Shown here: one piece after another, positions 61,001-64,000 of the stretch
Position numbering within the stretch: the first letter of the stretch is position 1
Layout: every line of letters begins with the position of its first letter
NCBI RefSeq assembly: GCF_036321535.1
Contig: NC_087452.1
Location: forward strand, 5,952,001-6,016,000
DNA: 64,000 bases
DNA from: Camelus dromedarius
Taxonomy: Eukaryota
Direction: 5' to 3'
The notes under the pieces: model-generated
What the model saw: only the letters and a program-made list of their open reading frames with translations
What the model was told of the DNA's origin: nothing
The model's database searches: none
Translations under genes and position numbers: made by a program

Positions 61001-63660
61001 TGGCCTGAGGCCAGGTCTCAATCCAAGAAAGCTGGGTCTGGGTGGGACTGAGGTTGGAATCACCCCCAAGAATGTCCCATGATCAGCAGGGCACCTCCAT
61101 CCCTGACACACTGTGTGACTCACAGTCACGCTCACACCAGTCTTCCCAAGCATCTTGTTAATACCCAGTCCTTTTAAAACCTGGCTTACTGGAGACAGTC
61201 TTGACCAACTATGCTATCAGGGCGGTCAGGAGTGGAGCGTGGACAACCCACACCTGTTCCTCTGCTCACCTCTATGCACAGACAGGGCAGGAGGAATTCA
61301 TAAGACAGCTCTACCGTGTGGCCCCCGGACACAATTTTCTGTGGACAAAGCAGCAAAGGGAGAGAAGAGATGCTTGCGAAAGAGGGTAGGCACCCTAGAC
61401 AAGGGCAGGAGGAAGGTGCGACTGTGGCCAGCACACCCTACTTTTCCTCTTACGTGAGACTTTTCCTCCACTGAGAAATTTCCTCAGTAGTCTGACCATC
61501 TGCTCTAGGTGGCTCAATATATGGAATGGGGGAGGGAGGAGACAGGGAAAGGAATATGCATTTATTGAGCCCCCAGTGCATGCCAGGTAGGGTGCTAGGT
61601 GCTAGAAGCACCAACTCAGTTAATTACACGCTAGCATCACGGTGATCTCGGGAGGTGTCACCACCATTTTATGAACGAAGAGAGCTGAGGGACTCAGGGG
61701 TATCACTTCAGTCTCTGCAAGTGGTGCCAAATGTATACAAGGGCACCCGTGACAACTGGAGGTAGAGGTGGGGAGTCAGGGTCTGGGCTGGGAGAAGGGG
61801 GGACATTCTCTCAGGGGCAGTGACAAAAGGGAGGGGGATGGAAGGGTACCGAGACAGATGTGACCACTTTGTGATTTTCCCAGGGAGAACAGCTTCTTGA
61901 GAGAACTGAAAAGGCCCCTTAAAGTAACCTGAATCTCACTGGGGCCTCTCACTGGGGTTAATTAAGGGCCATATTCACTTCTCTGCTAGGCATTCATGGT
62001 TGCCCCAGGTCTCTGCCTGCCCTTTCCTTCCCTCTCCTGCCAGGTGACAAGGCCCCCTGTACTCTGTTGAGTCCAAATAAGCCTCAGTGCGAGGCACGCA
62101 GACTTGTAAGGAGGTCTTGGACAATTATGGTCCCTCTCTGAGCCTCAGTCTCCCTATTTGTGCAACGAGTACCATGTGACTTGGCTTTTACAGACAGACA
62201 GGACTCCATACCTGGGCACTGACGTGATGGCTCAGCTCCTCACACTCCAGTGCCCACTGGTGGCAAAGACGCACGCTGACCTCAGGGCCTGGAGGAACGG
62301 TCACTTGAATAGCCCGTGCCTCAGGCAGCAAGTCAAAGGAGAACTCAGGCCCTGGGGAGAAGAGGGGTTTGGGGAGCTTGTCTCTTGGCCTTAGCACAGC
62401 CACCGCTACCTGCCTGCATCATCCCCAGTCACACGACGAGCCTACCTCCCAGCCTTCGTGCGTCGGGTTTGGAGAGACCTTCCACTGCCTCTGGATCTGA
62501 AGGCTGCATCCTTTTGGAGCGCAGCCCTTTGTGGGAGGTGTCTGGGGAGGGGACAGAGATGTGATGGCCCTTCTCAAACAGGCAACGGCAACTCAGCAGC
62601 TTCCTCTGCAGGCAGAGAGCAAGGTTGGCCTTAGTCCAGGAATCAGGAACTCTGGAACCTGGGGCAGCACAGGCAAGCTGCTCAACCTCTAAGCCTCAGT
62701 GTTCCTAACTGTGTAATGGGCAGAATAGTCTACTTAATCTCCATGCTTCCCAGATCTCTCGTGTGGCTGGAGAACAGAACAAGAGGCCAAAAAAGGCAGA
62801 GTTGAAACTGGCGGGGAGAGTACCTGAGTGGACGCCTGCATCATGTGTGTCCGACAGGACCGGAACCGGAACTTGTAAGACTTTTTGGATTTCTGCACCA
62901 CAAGGTGGAACCTGCCCCACTGAAGACCTGCATAGAGAATGACACATTTACTATCCAGCCCGTCACGGGCCCTCCCTACCTGGAGATGTGACCCGGTGTT
63001 GGATAGTCAGTCATTTTCTATCAAGGAGGGTAATGATATCAAACTTTAGTCCTAAAAGTTAGGCCACAATCAAAAAAGGTTTAATTTCTTAAGTAGAGAA
63101 AAAGCTATATGTATACAAAGATGTCCATGGCAGCATTATATGTAACAGTGAAAAATTAGAAACTGTCAATTCTTAAGCAGTGTATGGGCATTTAGTATGT
63201 CATGGGCACTGAGCTAGGCAAGGAAAATAGAGTTGAGTAAGACAGGTCTTACTTTACAAGTAGAAGGTAATAATAGTAAACTCATAGAACGAAAACATTC
63301 TAATCCCAAGAATTGGTGCCAGCTGAAAGGAGAAACACCTTCACAAAACGACACAACTGAACTCACAAATACCAGTCACGGTGTGCTGTTTCAGGATGGC
63401 CTAAATCTCTGCCGAGGCTGGCAACGGGACAGACATCTGTTCTAGGGCAAGTTTCACTTGCCTCAGTGTAAGGGGCCCCCAGTACGCCCGTAATTTGCAT
63501 CTCCTCCTCAACAGGCCCAAAGGGCTGTTTCTCATACCTGAGAGACCTGACAGGAGACGTAGGCAGCAACAGCTGGGGCGGTGGCAGAGCCAAGCACACC
63601 AAGGCTTTGGGGAGAGGGGCCGGGCCGGCCAGTTACAGCGAGGAGTTTGCGCAGACTGTC
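55001..63660 (-). CDS. IL17RE: Interleukin-17 receptor E, 3' 14 exons (5' end lies beyond the right edge)
   Basis: Exons (-): 63660-63538, 62927-62824, 62605-62446, 62351-62212, 61338-61270, 60369-60303, 59232-59057, 58976-58929, 58848-58803, 58631-58483, 56793-56725, 56216-56165, 56084-55986 (TM), 55554-55001 (SEFIR, contains 148 Ns). Phases are consistent. Peptides GPEFSFDLLPEARA, VWRSDVQFAWKHLLCPD and AYFSRLCAKGDIPPPLRALPRY match IL17RE. Confidence 0.96.
55363..55510. other. Assembly gap (148 N) inside the GC-rich IL17RE last coding exon
   Basis: Run of N; the reading frame is preserved across it. Confidence 0.99.
59792..59922 (+). mobile_element. Camelid tRNA-derived SINE, full length
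   Basis: GTAGAGCTCAGTGGTAGAGCACGTGCTTAGCATGCTCAGGGTCCTGGGTTCAATCCCCAGTACCTC with A-rich tail; TSD ATAAGGAGTTGG at 59780-59791 and 59923-59934. Confidence 0.9.
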
Positions 63661-64000
63661 CTGTGAAAGATAAAAAGGGAATCAAATGGTAGGGTCCCAG
63701 GAGGTCCCTCCTGCCTCAGACAAGTTGGCCTTGAGGCTGAGCTCTGCCACTTATATCCTGGCCGAGAGACCTGGGGCAAGTTACAGACCTCTCTAAGCCT
63801 CAGCTTCCTCATTCATAAAGCGGGGCTGCTGTCAAGATCACATCAGATAATGTGTGGGAAATGCTTTGTAAAGTAGAATGTACCATAAAATAGGAAGGAT
63901 GATTGTTGCATTACTGACAAGGGGGAGGGACCAGTCAAGGGGGGCTGCCTGGAGATTTACCTGGCTCTCATTTAATCCTCCTCACAGCTCAGGGGCAACA

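Overview
Mammalian genomic window, most likely a camelid: five tRNA-derived SINEs (four full-length) match the camelid Vic-1-like family. It is syntenic with human 3p25.3 and holds six protein-coding genes, reconstructed exon by exon with consistent reading frames. These are the 5' end of FANCD2 (-; coding exons 2-4 plus non-coding exon 1), EMC3 (+; 8 exons, 261 aa), PRRT3 (+; 3 coding exons, 975 aa), CRELD1 (-; 10 coding exons, 420 aa), IL17RC (-; 19 exons, 716 aa) and the 3' 14 exons of IL17RE (-; last exon interrupted by 148 Ns). FANCD2 and EMC3 share a compact head-to-head CpG-island promoter. The rest is introns and intergenic DNA rich in L1, L2, L3, MIR, MaLR-LTR, MER5 and SINE remnants, with three N gaps. 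I found no prokaryote-type system, CRISPR array or genuine tRNA/rRNA gene, and I cannot claim a new biological system. The best leads are splicing- and RNA-structure-level: (1) a ~95-nt hairpin ending at an IL17RE 3' splice site, with an in-frame cryptic acceptor in its loop; (2) a hairpin-masked 11-nt poison-microexon candidate in EMC3 intron 5; (3) a GC donor on IL17RC exon 12; (4) a broken copy of the human 71-aa IL17RC insert; (5) terminal SEFIR exons that double as CpG islands upstream of the next gene. Human comparisons are recalled from memory and need verification by alignment. Repeat boundaries are approximate.
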